A DNA stretch of 64,000 bases from Thermoanaerobaculia bacterium (GTDB taxonomy: Bacteria > Acidobacteriota > Thermoanaerobaculia > Multivoradales > UBA5704), in the NCBI GenBank assembly GCA_035544875.1, contig DASZZP010000083.1:384219-448218 (forward strand), written 5' to 3'. The position numbers and the translations under genes were made by a program. Positions 48,162 through 58,765 of this stretch are shown here, one piece after another; position 1 is the first letter of the stretch; the number at the start of each line of letters is the position of its first letter. A model generated the notes under the pieces. It did not search any database and had not been told where the DNA came from. It saw nothing but the letters and a program-made list of their open reading frames with translations.

Positions 48162-49049
48162 CTAGCGGGTTGACGAGCTCGGCGGAGCCGGGGCCGCCGC
48201 CGCCACCGCGGCCGGCTGCGTCAGCTCGGCCGCGAGGACGAATCCGAGCCGGGCATAGATGCGCTGCACATAGCCGCGGGTCTCCGCGAACGGGGGCAGG
48301 CCGCCGAAGCGCTCGACCGCCCCTTCACCGGCGTTGTAAGCCGCCAGAACGCGCAGCGGATCCTCGCCGTAGCGGTCGACCAGCCAGCGCAGGTAGCGGC
48401 TGCCGGTCTCCAGGTTCTTGCGCGGGTTGAAGAGGTCCTTGCGCCGCCGCACGCCAAAGCGGCGCGCCGTGGCCGGGCGGACCTGCATCAGGCCGCAGGC
48501 GCCGCGGCGCGACACGGCGCGCGGGTTGAAACCCGACTCCACTCCGACCAGCGCCGCCACCAGCCGCGGATTCAAGGCGTGGCGGCTGGCGGTGCTGTAG
48601 ATCAGCTTGCCAAAAGGCGTGCGCGGCACGCCGAGCGCGCGATCGAACCCGAGCGGCGGCACCGGCTCGGGGCGCAACGCCAAGGGCGGCGGCGCCGTAA
48701 CCGGCGAGGGCAGCGCGCCGGCAGCCCTTGCTGCAGGCACTGAGGGCACTGTGGGCACGTCCGGCTCCGCTCGCTCCACGCCGGCGTCAGCCGCCGCCCA
48801 GGGAGAAAGCTCGGCCGCGGGCCCATCCTCCGCCGGCAGCGGACAGGTCCCAAGGGCTTGCGCGGAAGGGCTCGATCCGATCGCGCCGATCGCACCGATC
48901 GCAGTCGTGGCGGCGGGGAACTGCGAAGAGGCTGCGGCAGGTGGAACGGCCTCGGTGGCGCGCGCCGCAGCGCCGGCCGCCAGCCAGCCGAGCCCGAGCA
49001 AGCCGGCGGCCCTCATCAGACGGGAAGGGAACGACCGTTTCGAGCGCAA
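48162..49049 (-). CDS. lytic transglycosylase (SLT domain, family 1) with Ala/Pro-rich N-terminal region
   Basis: C-terminal SLT motifs ESGFNPRAVSRRGACGLMQV...AYNAG. N-terminal signal MRAAGLLGLGWLAAGAAARA (start may be 49016). Confidence 0.7.
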   Translation of the reverse strand: MRSKRSFPSRLMRAAGLLGLGWLAAGAAARATEAVPPAAASSQFPAATTAIGAIGAIGSSPSAQALGTCPLPAEDGPAAELSPWAAADAGVERAEPDVPTVPSVPAARAAGALPSPVTAPPPLALRPEPVPPLGFDRALGVPRTPFGKLIYSTASRHALNPRLVAALVGVESGFNPRAVSRRGACGLMQVRPATARRFGVRRRKDLFNPRKNLETGSRYLRWLVDRYGEDPLRVLAAYNAGEGAVERFGGLPPFAETRGYVQRIYARLGFVLAAELTQPAAVAAAAPAPPSSSTR

Positions 49050-49281
49050 GCGTCCCTCCGGTCAGGAGTTCACGACGAGCACCCGCTGCGTGCTGCCCGA
49101 CGGGTCAGTCTTCAGAGCCGAGACAAGACGGCGATACATACAAGACCGCGCTCCATCCTGTCAATCTGCCGCTCGACTTGCGCCGCGTTCTCCTTCCCGT
49201 TCCGCCTGCGGTCATGTAACGTTGTGGCGAGGGGGGGCCGCTGGCGGCGCGCGGCGCCCGGTCGTGTCGCGGGAGGTGTGC

Positions 49282-50331
49282 ATGAGGGCTCAACGGATCC
49301 ACCGCCGGCGCCAGCGTCGCGGCAGCCGCCGGCTCTGGCCGCTGCTGGGGGTCGCGGCGGTCGGAGTGCTGGCGATCGCGGTGGCGACCCGCTGGGAGCG
49401 CCGCGAACGGCGAAAGCTGCAGCCCGGACGACGCCGGACCCACCTTCCCGAAGAGCGGCAACCCTCACCGTCGGAGCCTGGTCGCGGGTTCGGCGGGATC
49501 CCGGAAGCGCCGGAGGTCCCGGGCACCGCGGAGTCGACCCAGGTCTGGATCGCCGGGCCGGCCGGCAACCTCTTCGTTCGCGATGGCGGCAGCGTGCCCG
49601 GGGCGCACGCCGGGCTGCGTCCGGTGCTCTTCGTCCACGGCCTGGCCGGCAACGGCGGGCAGTGGGCCTTGCAGCTCGACCACCTGCGCCGGCGGCGGCG
49701 GGCACTGGCGCTCGACCTGCGTGGTCACGGCGACTCGGACCCGGCCGACGACGGGTCGTACGACGTACCGGCCCTGGCCCGCGACGTCGCTGCCGTGGCC
49801 GATCATTTTGCCCTGCGCCGGCTGTTCCTGGTCGGGCACAGCCTGGGAGCCTCGGTGGCGATCGAGTATGCCGGCCTTCACCCCGAGCGGGTTGCCGGCC
49901 TGCTGCTGGTCGACCCCAATGGCGACCAGACGCGGCTGCCGCGCTCCGCGGTGGAGCCGTTCCTCGCGGCGCTCTCGGCCGACCCGCTCCACGAGCTCGC
50001 GAGCTACTACCGCCAGCTCCTGGTCGGGGGCGACCGCGACGCCGCGCAATGGGTGCTGGAGGATCTGCGGCTGACCGACGAAGAGGCCATCCTCCGGGCG
50101 GTCGAAGCCTCGGTTCGCTACTCCCCGCTGCCCGCGCTGGCGCGCTATCAGGGACCGCGGCTGGCGGTGATCAGCGACCTGAACGACCTCCCCTACAGCC
50201 TGCACAACCTGCTTCCCGCGCTGCCCGTCCAGCTCCTGCGCGGCACCGGTCACTGGCTGATGATGGACCGCCCCGAACCGTTCAACCACCTCCTCGAAGA
50301 GTTCCTTGCGGCAGCGGAAGGCGCCGGCTGA
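49282..50331 (+). CDS. alpha/beta-hydrolase fold protein with N-terminal membrane anchor
   Basis: GGGAGG SD then ATG 49282. TM segment LWPLLGVAAVGVLAIAVA. Nucleophile elbow GHSLGA, HGxxG-like LFVHGLAGNG, C-terminal His (GHWLMMDRPE). Confidence 0.75.
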   Translation: MRAQRIHRRRQRRGSRRLWPLLGVAAVGVLAIAVATRWERRERRKLQPGRRRTHLPEERQPSPSEPGRGFGGIPEAPEVPGTAESTQVWIAGPAGNLFVRDGGSVPGAHAGLRPVLFVHGLAGNGGQWALQLDHLRRRRRALALDLRGHGDSDPADDGSYDVPALARDVAAVADHFALRRLFLVGHSLGASVAIEYAGLHPERVAGLLLVDPNGDQTRLPRSAVEPFLAALSADPLHELASYYRQLLVGGDRDAAQWVLEDLRLTDEEAILRAVEASVRYSPLPALARYQGPRLAVISDLNDLPYSLHNLLPALPVQLLRGTGHWLMMDRPEPFNHLLEEFLAAAEGAG

Positions 50332-50438
50332 CCGCCGCGACCGGCGCAGGTCTGCGGAGCGCGCGCCCGCCGTGATCGCCGCCCGCCGGGTCAGGTCGTG
50401 CGGCAACGGCCGTAACATTTGCCGGGGAGCGCCGTTCC

Positions 50439-51032
50439 ATGAGTGAGGACGAAAGGAGGGTCGAGGCCGTGCAAGCAGCAGCCTACGACAGCACACCTTC
50501 GGCTAGGCCGCTCGCGGCGCTGGAGGCGGTATTCCAGAAGCACCATGCGGCGGTCTTCCGCGCCGCCTACCGGGTCACCGGCAATGCAATGGACGCCGAG
50601 GACGTGTTGCAGACCGTCTTCACCCGGCTGCTGCGCCGCGAGAGCGAGGGTGGCGAGCCGGACCTCTCCACGACCGCGGCCAGCTATCTGCACCGGGCGG
50701 CGGTCAATGCCGCCCTCGACCTGCTGCGCGCCCGCAAACGGGCGCGCGCCGTGGCGCTCGGCGAAGTCGAGGAGGCGCTGGTCGACGAGACCCATGTCGA
50801 CCCCGACCGCCGCAGCCGCAACCGCGAGCTCGCCCGGCGGCTGCGTGCCGCCCTCGCGCGGCTCTCACCCCGCCAGTCCGAAGTTTTCTCGCTGCGCTAT
50901 CTCGAAGGGCTGGGCAACCTGGAGATCGCCCGCTTGCTGGGCACTTCCCAGACCTCGATCGCCGTCATCCTGCATCGCGCGCGCCACCGGCTCCAGCGTG
51001 AGCTGGGCTCGCTTCAAGGAGAACCGTCATGA
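50439..51032 (+). CDS. ECF-type RNA polymerase sigma-70 family sigma factor
   Basis: Sigma-2 region (FRAAYRVTGNAMDAEDVLQTVFTRL) and sigma-4 HTH (LSPRQSEVFSLRYLEGLGNLEIARLLGTSQTSIAVILHRARHRL). Confidence 0.85.
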   Translation: MSEDERRVEAVQAAAYDSTPSARPLAALEAVFQKHHAAVFRAAYRVTGNAMDAEDVLQTVFTRLLRRESEGGEPDLSTTAASYLHRAAVNAALDLLRARKRARAVALGEVEEALVDETHVDPDRRSRNRELARRLRAALARLSPRQSEVFSLRYLEGLGNLEIARLLGTSQTSIAVILHRARHRLQRELGSLQGEPS

Positions 51033-53986
51033 GCCGCATCGACAACCACCACCAGAACGATCTCGCTCTCGCTGATCTTGGCCAGGCGGTCGAGGCAGTC
51101 ACCTCCGAGCCGATCGACGAGCGGAGGATCGAGGAAGCTGCGGCCCGTGTCTGGCAGCGGCTGGAGCAGGCGAGCACGAGCGGCGCGCTGGCCGGCACCC
51201 ACGGCCCCGACCCGGCCGATCTGGACACCGGCGCCGATCACGGTGCCGGCGCCCTGCAGAGCTGCGCCGATTTCCAGCGGCTCATCCCCGCCTATGTCGC
51301 GGGCGCCGCGGCGCTCGCGCCGGCGCGCGCCATGCTCCTCGAGGACCATACCCGGGGCTGCATCGCCTGCCGCCGCGCTCTGCTCGCAGCGCGGCAGAAA
51401 GTCGCCAAGGCAGCTGCCGCGGCGACCCCTGCTGCGGATGCCCCGGCTGCGATGGCTGCCGTGAACACTCCTGACGCCTTCCGCCGTTCGCCGTTCGCGC
51501 CGAGCCGCTGGCGCGGCGCTGGCCGCGCTTTCGCGGCGGCGGGACGGCCGGGCCGGGAGAGGGCGGCGCTGGCCGCCGCCGCCGTGCTGGCGATTGGACT
51601 CGGATTCGGCCTCTTCTGGCTTGCCGGCGGGACCCTGAATCAGGGGGCGACGATGGCCAGGGTCGAGCTGATCGAGGGGAATCTCTACCAGGTCTCCGCC
51701 CAGTCGAGCGTGCCGGTCGGCGCCGGCGACCTGGTGCGGGGTGACGAGGAGATCCGCACCGCCAAGAGCTCGCGCGCCGTCGTGCGCATGAATGACGGCT
51801 CGCGCATCGAGATGAGCGAGCGGGCCGGCCTGTCGCTCAGCGCCGGGCGCCGCGGCGCGACCATCCGCCTGGAGCGCGGCCGGATCATCGTGCAGGCCGC
51901 CAAGCAGCGCCTGCATCACCTCTACGTGGCGACCGCCGACTGTCTGGTTTCGGTCACCGGCACGATCTTCGCGGTCAACAACGGGACCAAGGGCTCGCGG
52001 GTGTCGGTGATCGAAGGCGAGGTGAGGGTGCGGCAGGCGCGGCTGGACAGCGTGCTGCATCCTGGCGAGCAGGTCTCGACCAGCGCCCGCGTCGCCGCCG
52101 TACCGGTCCACGACGAGGTCGCCTGGAGCCGTGACGCCGCCCGCTATGACCGGCTGCTCGGCGAGCTGACAGCCGTCTCGCGCGACATCGACCGGCAGGT
52201 CAAGGTCGCCGGGCTGCGCAACTCGACCCGTCTGCTCGATCTGGCGCCGGCCGGCTCGACCATCTACCTCGCGCTGCCCAACCTCGCCGCCAACCTCGGC
52301 GAGACCCAGCGCCTGCTCGAGCAGCGGCTGGCGGAGAGTCCGGTGCTGCGCCAGTGGTGGAGCGACTCGCTCGGCTCGTCGGCCAACGAGGCCCGCGTCC
52401 ACGAGGTCATTCAGCAGATCGGCGACCTGGGCCGCAACCTCGGCGACGAGATCGCGATCGCCGCCGGCTTCTCGACGCCTGCCGGCGAGCTCGGCTCCGC
52501 CCCATCCGAGGCCCCTGTCCTGATGGCCGAGGTCACCCAGGAGAGCTCCTTCCGCGCCACCCTCGAGCAGGAGCTGTCGCGGCTCCGCCAGCAGCCTGGA
52601 GCGATGCCGCTGCGCCTGATCGCCGACCCGGCGACCGCCGCGCCGGCCAATGGCAAGGAGATCTTGCTGTGGGTGGGTGGCGGCGTCTTCGTCGCCTCGC
52701 CGAGCCGCGAGCAGATCGCGCGCGTGGCGGCCAACCTCCAGCCCGGGGCGGTCAATCCGTTCACCGCGACTCCGTTCCACGGCCGTATCGCTCAGGAGTA
52801 CGCGGACGGCGCCGGCTGGCTGTTCTCCGCCGACCTCGCGCGCCTGGTGGCCCGTGAGCGCCTGGCGAGCGCCGGAGCCGCCGCCTCGCGCCAGGCGGGA
52901 GCTTCGCCCGAGTCGCCCGCGACGCCAACGGCAGATCGCGCGCGACGCCTGGCCGAAGCGCTCGGTGTCTTCGACGTCGAGAACTTCACCGTCGACCGCC
53001 GCGACGGTGAGAACGGCAAGACCGACACGCGCGCCGCCCTCAACTTCGACCAGCCGCGCCGCGGGCTGGCCGCCTGGCTCGCCGCGCCTGGACCGATGGG
53101 AAGCCTCGGGTTCTTCTCGCCCGACGCCAGCCTGGCCGTCTCCTTCGTCATCAAGAACCCGGTGACGTTGCTCGACGAGCTGCTCAGCCTGTCGCCGGAG
53201 TTTGCCGCCGAGCTGGCCAAGGTCGAGGCCGCGCACGGCTTCAATCTGCGCAACGACCTGGCGGTGCCGCTCGGTGGCGAGATCACGCTTGGCCTGGATG
53301 GCCCGGTGCTGCCAAACCCGTCGTGGAAGCTGGTGGCCGAGGTTTATGACCCGGTCAAGCTGCAGCAGACCTTCACCCGGGTGGTGCTGGAGGCCAACGA
53401 CTCGCTGCGCGCCGAGGGCAAGCCGCCGGTCACGCTGCAGCAGGAGCAGGAGGGCAGCCGTACCTACTACTCCCTGGTCTCCAACCAGCCGGCCTTCGAG
53501 GTCCACTATGTGTTCGCCAACGGCTATCTGGTGGCGGCACCCAGCCGGGCGCTGCTCGATACGGCGCTCGCCCAGCATGACTCCGGCGTCACCCTCGCCT
53601 CGTCGTCGAAGTTCCGCGAGCTGCTGGGTCAGGACGGCCAGATCAACGTCTCGGCCCTCTTCTATCAGAACCTGACCGGCATGGCGGCGGTGACCGGCGC
53701 CCTCGCGCCGCTGGCGGGAGCGGGGTCGATCAACGGCGGCGGCGGCGCGGCTGCCGATCGCACCAGGGCGGCACTGGCGCGGCCGTCACTGGGCAACCTG
53801 GTGCTGGGCCAGAGCCCGTCGCTGCTCTACGCCTACGCCGAGGACAATCGCATCCTCTTCGGCGGCCGCGGCAACACGGGCCCGCTGGGAGTCAACCTGG
53901 CGACCATGGCCGGGTTCGGCGGTATCCTGGGCAGCATGCACCAGGTGCACGGCGAAGCGCTGGCGCAGAAGGAGTCGGGCCGCTGA
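51029..53986 (+). CDS. membrane anti-sigma factor (zinc-finger ZAS motif + FecR-like domain) with ~700-aa periplasmic extension
   Basis: Start overlaps the sigma gene stop (ATGA). Motif [12 protein letters not shown] (H-x3-C-x2-C). Single [22 protein letters not shown]. FecR-like region ([30 protein letters not shown]...[24 protein letters not shown]). Long C-terminal domain of unknown function. Confidence 0.75.
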   Translation: MSRIDNHHQNDLALADLGQAVEAVTSEPIDERRIEEAAARVWQRLEQASTSGALAGTHGPDPADLDTGADHGAGALQSCADFQRLIPAYVAGAAALAPARAMLLEDHTRGCIACRRALLAARQKVAKAAAAATPAADAPAAMAAVNTPDAFRRSPFAPSRWRGAGRAFAAAGRPGRERAALAAAAVLAIGLGFGLFWLAGGTLNQGATMARVELIEGNLYQVSAQSSVPVGAGDLVRGDEEIRTAKSSRAVVRMNDGSRIEMSERAGLSLSAGRRGATIRLERGRIIVQAAKQRLHHLYVATADCLVSVTGTIFAVNNGTKGSRVSVIEGEVRVRQARLDSVLHPGEQVSTSARVAAVPVHDEVAWSRDAARYDRLLGELTAVSRDIDRQVKVAGLRNSTRLLDLAPAGSTIYLALPNLAANLGETQRLLEQRLAESPVLRQWWSDSLGSSANEARVHEVIQQIGDLGRNLGDEIAIAAGFSTPAGELGSAPSEAPVLMAEVTQESSFRATLEQELSRLRQQPGAMPLRLIADPATAAPANGKEILLWVGGGVFVASPSREQIARVAANLQPGAVNPFTATPFHGRIAQEYADGAGWLFSADLARLVARERLASAGAAASRQAGASPESPATPTADRARRLAEALGVFDVENFTVDRRDGENGKTDTRAALNFDQPRRGLAAWLAAPGPMGSLGFFSPDASLAVSFVIKNPVTLLDELLSLSPEFAAELAKVEAAHGFNLRNDLAVPLGGEITLGLDGPVLPNPSWKLVAEVYDPVKLQQTFTRVVLEANDSLRAEGKPPVTLQQEQEGSRTYYSLVSNQPAFEVHYVFANGYLVAAPSRALLDTALAQHDSGVTLASSSKFRELLGQDGQINVSALFYQNLTGMAAVTGALAPLAGAGSINGGGGAAADRTRAALARPSLGNLVLGQSPSLLYAYAEDNRILFGGRGNTGPLGVNLATMAGFGGILGSMHQVHGEALAQKESGR

Positions 53987-54005
53987 GCGGCCCGCCGCCC
54001 ATCCC

Positions 54006-55082
54006 GTGCCATCCGCTTCCCCAACGAGCGCCGCGACCCCGGCGCCCCAGGCGCTGTCGGAGCCCGGGGCGCCGGAGGCGCGGGACGCGCCGGCGTCACC
54101 CGGCGCCCGGAGCGCGCCAGCATGTCCCGCCTCTGTCGTCGAGCTCGATCAGCTTTCGGTCCGCTTCGGGCGCCGCCCGATCCTGCATCAGCTGACCGCC
54201 AAGCTGGGCGGCCGCTGCATCGGCCTGCTTGGTCCCAACGGCGCCGGCAAGACGACGCTGCTTCACACCCTGCTCGGGTTCCATCCGCCGGCCTCGGGCA
54301 CCGCCCGCATCTTCGGCCTCGATATTTGCGGTGGGCGTAGCGAAGCGCGGGCGATCCGCGCGCTGATGGGCTACATGCCGGAAACCGACTCCTTCGTCAC
54401 CGGCATGAGCGGCGTGCGCTTCGTGCGGCTGATGGCCGAGCTCTCGGGGCTGCCGGCCGAGCAGGCCATGGAGCGCGCCCACGAGGCGTTGTTCTACGTC
54501 GGGCTGGGAGAGGCGCGCTACCGGCCGATCGAGAGCTACTCGCTGGGCATGAAGCAGCTCGCCAAGCTCGCCCAGTCGCTGGTCCACGGCCCCCGGCTGC
54601 TCTTGCTCGACGAGCCGACCAACGGGCTCGATCCCCCGGCGCGCCAGCGCATGCTGGAGCTGATCCGCGATATCCGCGACGACGGCGAGGTGCACGTGAT
54701 CCTCTCCTCGCACCTGTTGCGCGACGTCGAGGAGTGCTGCGAGGAGGTGCTGGTCCTGAAGGGCGGGCAGGTGGCGGTCTACGCCAACCTGGAAGAGGAG
54801 CGGCGCGCCAACCGGCGCTTCCTCGATCTCGAGGTGCGCGGCGCCCGCGGGGCCGACGGCAGCGCCGCGTTCGCCGCCGCCGCCGCGGCGCTGGGCTGCG
54901 AATGCGCCGCCGGCACCCGGCAGCGCCTGAAGCTGGTGCTGCCTGAGGGGGTGGAGGTGCGCGACCTCTACCGCCTTGCCGCCGAGCGGCAGCTGCAGAT
55001 CCGCCGGCTCGACTTCAAGCGCGATTCACTCGAGGACATCTTCCTCAAGGCGATGGAGGGCGGCAACCATGGCGGTGTATGA
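54006..55082 (+). CDS. ABC transporter ATP-binding protein (ABC-2 exporter type), start uncertain
   Basis: Walker [12 protein letters not shown], signature [15 protein letters not shown], Walker [13 protein letters not shown]-terminal 40 aa are Ala/Pro-rich and may be non-coding. Confidence 0.75.
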   Translation: MPSASPTSAATPAPQALSEPGAPEARDAPASPGARSAPACPASVVELDQLSVRFGRRPILHQLTAKLGGRCIGLLGPNGAGKTTLLHTLLGFHPPASGTARIFGLDICGGRSEARAIRALMGYMPETDSFVTGMSGVRFVRLMAELSGLPAEQAMERAHEALFYVGLGEARYRPIESYSLGMKQLAKLAQSLVHGPRLLLLDEPTNGLDPPARQRMLELIRDIRDDGEVHVILSSHLLRDVEECCEEVLVLKGGQVAVYANLEEERRANRRFLDLEVRGARGADGSAAFAAAAAALGCECAAGTRQRLKLVLPEGVEVRDLYRLAAERQLQIRRLDFKRDSLEDIFLKAMEGGNHGGV

Positions 55083-55938
55083 GCACAGCTACCGGCGCTA
55101 CGAAGGTCCCCTGACGCCGCCGCGCTGGCGCTTCCTCATCCTGCCGCGCTACGCCGTCGCGGAGGTGCTGCGCGGCCGGCTGTTCATCGCCCTCTTCACA
55201 CTCTGCTTCGCCCCGCCCTTCGCGGGGCTCATCATGATCTATCTGCACCACAACCTTTCCGCCTTGAAGCTGCTCAACCTGCCGCTCGACCGGCTGCAAG
55301 AGGCGCTGCCCATCGACAGCCTCTTCTTCGAGCGCGGCCTGGCGCTCCAGGGCTTCATGGCCTTCCTGATCGCGCTCGCCGTGGGGCCGGCGCTGATCTC
55401 TCCCGATCTGCGCAACAACGGCCTGCCGCTCTACTTCTCACGCCCCTTCTCGCGCGCCGAGTACGTGCTGGGCAAGATGTCGGTGCTGGTCGTCCTGATG
55501 TCGCTGGTCACCTGGGTGCCGGGTCTGCTGCTCTTCTTCCTGGAGGCCAACCTCGAGGGCGCGGAATGGCTCGCCGCCCACTGGCGGATCGCCGGCGCGC
55601 TGATCGCCGCCAGCGCCGCCTGGATCGCCCTCCTGTCGCTGGTGGTGCTAGCGGTGTCGGCGTGGGTGAAGTGGAAGCCGGTGGCGAGGATCGTCATCCT
55701 GATCCTCTACTTCGTCCTGGCCGGTTTCGGCCTGGCCGCCGACAAAGTGCTCGGCACCTGGTGGGGTGTCATGTTCAGCATGCAGCAGGTCTGGAGCAGG
55801 CTGCGCGCGGCGCTGTTCGACGTGCCGGCCGAGAATGACCTGCCGGTTGCGGCGGCGATGGCGGCGCTGGCCGCCGGCTGCCTGATCTGCCTCTGGCTGC
55901 TGTCGCGCCGGGTGCGGGCCTATGAAGTGGTGCGGTGA
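55069..55938 (+). CDS. ABC-2 family transporter permease
   Basis: ATG overlaps the ATPase stop by 14 bp. Six predicted TM helices and no conserved catalytic motifs (call by context and topology). Confidence 0.65.
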   Translation: MAVYEHSYRRYEGPLTPPRWRFLILPRYAVAEVLRGRLFIALFTLCFAPPFAGLIMIYLHHNLSALKLLNLPLDRLQEALPIDSLFFERGLALQGFMAFLIALAVGPALISPDLRNNGLPLYFSRPFSRAEYVLGKMSVLVVLMSLVTWVPGLLLFFLEANLEGAEWLAAHWRIAGALIAASAAWIALLSLVVLAVSAWVKWKPVARIVILILYFVLAGFGLAADKVLGTWWGVMFSMQQVWSRLRAALFDVPAENDLPVAAAMAALAAGCLICLWLLSRRVRAYEVVR

Positions 55939-55982
55939 TCAGTTGAACGCGGTAATCAGCGCATGAGCGCGGTGACCAGAGC

Positions 55983-56936
55983 ATGAGCGCGAACGAAGAC
56001 CGGATCGTCTTCCAGGACGTCTCCAAGTTCTACGGCGAGGTGCTCGGCGTCAACCGGGTGAACCTGTCGGTGCCGCCGGGCATCACCAGCCTGGTGGGCC
56101 CCAACGGCTCGGGCAAGACGACGCTGATGAACCTGATGGTCGGGCTGCTGCGGCCGACCCGCGGCACCGTCCGCGTGCTGGGTATCCCCCCCGAGCGCGC
56201 CGAGGAGCTCTTCCGGGTGGTCGGCTACGCCACCCAGTATGATTCCTTTCCGCGCGGCTTGACCGGCTATCAGCTCATCTACTTGCTGTTGCTGGTGCAC
56301 GGCCGCGAGCGCCGCGAAGCCGAGGCGCTCGCCTGGCGGGCGCTCGAGCGGGTCGGGTTGGTCGACGCCGCCGGACGCAAGGTCGCCGCCTACAGCAAGG
56401 GGATGCGCCAGCGGGTCAAGCTCGCCCAGGCGATCGCCCACCAGCCTTCCGTGCTGGTCCTCGACGAGCCGCTCAACGGCCTCGACCCGATGGCGCGCGC
56501 CGAGCTGATCGCGCTGCTGCGCGAGCTGGCCGGCGCCGGGCTGCACATCGTGGTGTCGAGCCACATCCTGCACGAGGTGGACCTCATCTCGGACCAGGTG
56601 GTGCTGATCAATGGCGGCTACGTGGTGGCCGAAGGCGAGATCGGCGGAGTGCGCGACGAGATGGAGGAGGAGCATCCGATCCAGGTCCTGATCCGCTGCG
56701 ACCGCCCGGGGCTGCTGGCCGCGCGGGTCTTCGAGCAGGACCACGCGGTCGAAGCGCGCCTCGCCGAGGACGGGCGCGGCCTGCTGGTGCGCACGCGCGA
56801 CGCCGACCGCTTCTATCTGCTCCTCAACCGGGTGGTGCTCGAAGACGGCCTGACCGTCGAGGCGGTGGCGCCGGCCGACGCCGATGTCCAGGCGGTCTAC
56901 GGCTACCTGATCGGCGCCCCGGGAGGCAAGTCATGA
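55983..56936 (+). CDS. ABC transporter ATP-binding protein (second ABC-2 pair)
   Basis: Walker [12 protein letters not shown], signature [15 protein letters not shown], Walker [14 protein letters not shown]-loop SSHIL. Confidence 0.85.
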   Translation: MSANEDRIVFQDVSKFYGEVLGVNRVNLSVPPGITSLVGPNGSGKTTLMNLMVGLLRPTRGTVRVLGIPPERAEELFRVVGYATQYDSFPRGLTGYQLIYLLLLVHGRERREAEALAWRALERVGLVDAAGRKVAAYSKGMRQRVKLAQAIAHQPSVLVLDEPLNGLDPMARAELIALLRELAGAGLHIVVSSHILHEVDLISDQVVLINGGYVVAEGEIGGVRDEMEEEHPIQVLIRCDRPGLLAARVFEQDHAVEARLAEDGRGLLVRTRDADRFYLLLNRVVLEDGLTVEAVAPADADVQAVYGYLIGAPGGKS

Positions 56937-57814
56937 GCGCCGCCGCGCCGCTTGCCGCCGCACGCCAGGACCCGCTGCGCCCGGAGCCCGGCAAGCTGCC
57001 ATGGCGGACCTGGCGGCGCCAGCTGCTCGCCGTCGTGCGGCTCGAGCTGCGCAAGAGCTTCCTCGGCCGGCGCGCCGTGGGCCTCTACCTGTTGGCCCTG
57101 GCGCCGCCGCTGATCCTCGCGCTGCGCGCCCTCAAGCCAGGGGGGGTCTCCGACCCCAACGACCTCGGGGAGGCGACGCAGATCTTTGCCGGTATCTTCC
57201 AGGGCTTCATCGTGCGGCTCGTCATCTTCCTCGCCTGTGTCTTCATCTTCGGCGGCCTGGTGCGCCGCGAGGTGCTCGACCGCAGCCTCCATTTCTATTT
57301 CCTCACCCCGCTGCGGCGGGAGCTGCTCGCGCTGGGCAAGTACATGACCGGTCTGCTGGTCGCGGCGGTGCTCTTCGCCGGCTCGACGCTGGCCTCCTTC
57401 GCATTCGCCTACCTGCCCTACTCCGGCGGCAGCGTCGAGCGCTACCTGCTGCACGGCCCCGGCCTGGCCCAGCTCGGCTCCTACCTCCTGGTCACTCTCC
57501 TCGCCTGCGGCGGCTACGGCGCCGTCTTCTTCGCCGCCGCCTTCTTCGTGCGCAGCCCGGCCCTGCCCGCCCTCGCCATGTTCGGCTGGGAGTCCATCCA
57601 CTTCCTCCTGCCGCCGCTGCTTAAGCAGCTGTCGGTGATCCATTACCTCCAGTCTCTCTGCCCCGTCCCCATCTCCGAGGGTCCCTTCGCCCTGCTCTCC
57701 GATGCGCCCTCGCGCTGGGTCGCCATCGGCGGCCTCCTGGCCCTCATCGTCGCCCTCCTCGTGGTGTCCGCCTTCCGCATCCGCCGGATGGAAATCGCCT
57801 ACGAAGGCGAGTAG
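56933..57814 (+). CDS. ABC-2 family transporter permease (second pair)
   Basis: ATGA overlap with the preceding ATPase. Multi-TM hydrophobic protein. Confidence 0.65.
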   Translation: MSAAAPLAAARQDPLRPEPGKLPWRTWRRQLLAVVRLELRKSFLGRRAVGLYLLALAPPLILALRALKPGGVSDPNDLGEATQIFAGIFQGFIVRLVIFLACVFIFGGLVRREVLDRSLHFYFLTPLRRELLALGKYMTGLLVAAVLFAGSTLASFAFAYLPYSGGSVERYLLHGPGLAQLGSYLLVTLLACGGYGAVFFAAAFFVRSPALPALAMFGWESIHFLLPPLLKQLSVIHYLQSLCPVPISEGPFALLSDAPSRWVAIGGLLALIVALLVVSAFRIRRMEIAYEGE

Positions 57815-57854
57815 CCCGCCGGTGAGCCGATGCACAGAAGCCGGCCTGGTCGAC

Positions 57855-58010
57855 TCCTTGACCCCGGACCAGCTCGACCGCATCGGCGTCCATCCGGCCA
57901 TGGGACCGCTGCCCATCCGGCTCTGGCTCGAGTTCTTCCTGCTCCACGAAGCCCACCACCTCTACACCATCCTGCAGCGCCTCCGCATCGCCTCCGCACC
58001 GGCGTCGTAG
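57855..58010 (+). pseudogene. C-terminal remnant of a DinB/YfiT-like (DinB_2) metal-dependent hydrolase gene
   Basis: SLTPDQLDRIGVHPAMGPLPIRLWLEFFLLHEAHHLYTILQRL resembles the conserved C-terminal helix (H-E-x-H-H-x-x-Q-I) of DinB-family proteins. No intact N-terminal part, since the upstream frame runs into the permease gene. Confidence 0.3.
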
Positions 58011-58026
58011 GCGCTTCCCGGCCCCC

Positions 58027-58764
58027 CTATTCCCCGGGGCAGAGCTGGAAATGGTTGGCGAAGTCGGCGATGGCCTTGGGGTCGGCCGGGGTGCCGGTCA
58101 GGTCCACCTGGTCGAGCGGCTGCGCGGGCGCCGGGTCGGGCACGAACCAGATGCCGAAGCGCAGGTGGCGATCGGGGCATTCGCAGAGCAGGAAGGCCGA
58201 GATGGCCTGGTGGCGCCGGCTGTCGACGTTGAAGTCGCCGCGGCTGGCGGTGTAGCCGATGTGGGCGCCGCCGGCGTCGAGGTTGCCGTCGCGGATGTGC
58301 TCGCCGCGTCCCTGGCGCCAACCGGAGTAGCGCATCCAGGGGACCTCGGAGTCGGTCCCTTCGAGGATGCGGCGCTTGCGCTCCTCGGAGGTGGGGATGC
58401 GCCCCAGGCGCATGCTCATGAAGAGGAAGCCGCGCTCGCGGAACTTGCCGAAGCGGCCGGCGGCCGGCTCCTCGTCGGAGAGCATCGCCATGTCCATGAT
58501 GAAGGGGATCGACAGCGAGCCGAGCGGATGGTACCCGGCGGGGAGCTCGCGATAGGGGAGGATCTCGCGGGTCCTTTGCTCGCGCACCCGCGGCTCGGTG
58601 AATCCCTGCTTGAAGCTCTTCCTCGTCTGCTGGCGCAACATCCAGATGAAGCCGATCCCGGCGAGGATCGCCAGGACCAGCAGGATGGCGCAACCGCAGC
58701 CGACGTACATCCAGGGAGAGGTCTTGCGTTTGCTGGCAGGAGGTGCTCCGGCGTTGGGATCCAT
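58027..58764 (-). CDS. hypothetical membrane-anchored protein (245 aa), translationally coupled to argS
   Basis: ATG 58762-58764 lies 1 nt after the argS stop. N-terminal TM helix (WMYVGCGCAILLVLAILAGIGFIWML) then a soluble domain. No family recognised. Confidence 0.55.
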   Translation of the reverse strand: MDPNAGAPPASKRKTSPWMYVGCGCAILLVLAILAGIGFIWMLRQQTRKSFKQGFTEPRVREQRTREILPYRELPAGYHPLGSLSIPFIMDMAMLSDEEPAAGRFGKFRERGFLFMSMRLGRIPTSEERKRRILEGTDSEVPWMRYSGWRQGRGEHIRDGNLDAGGAHIGYTASRGDFNVDSRRHQAISAFLLCECPDRHLRFGIWFVPDPAPAQPLDQVDLTGTPADPKAIADFANHFQLCPGE

Positions 58765-58765
58765 T

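Noticed and set aside
51014-53578. 854-aa minus-strand ORF
   Set aside because: Antisense to the anti-sigma factor gene, which is supported by ZAS and FecR motifs and by ATGA coupling with the sigma gene. Artefact.
54122-54340. Alternative-frame 72-aa ORF at the 5' end of the first ABC-2 ATPase gene
   Set aside because: Out of frame with the Walker A-containing frame (54006..55082). Retained only as a reminder that the true ATPase start is uncertain (no ATG between 54006 and the Walker A region; GTG/TTG start likely).
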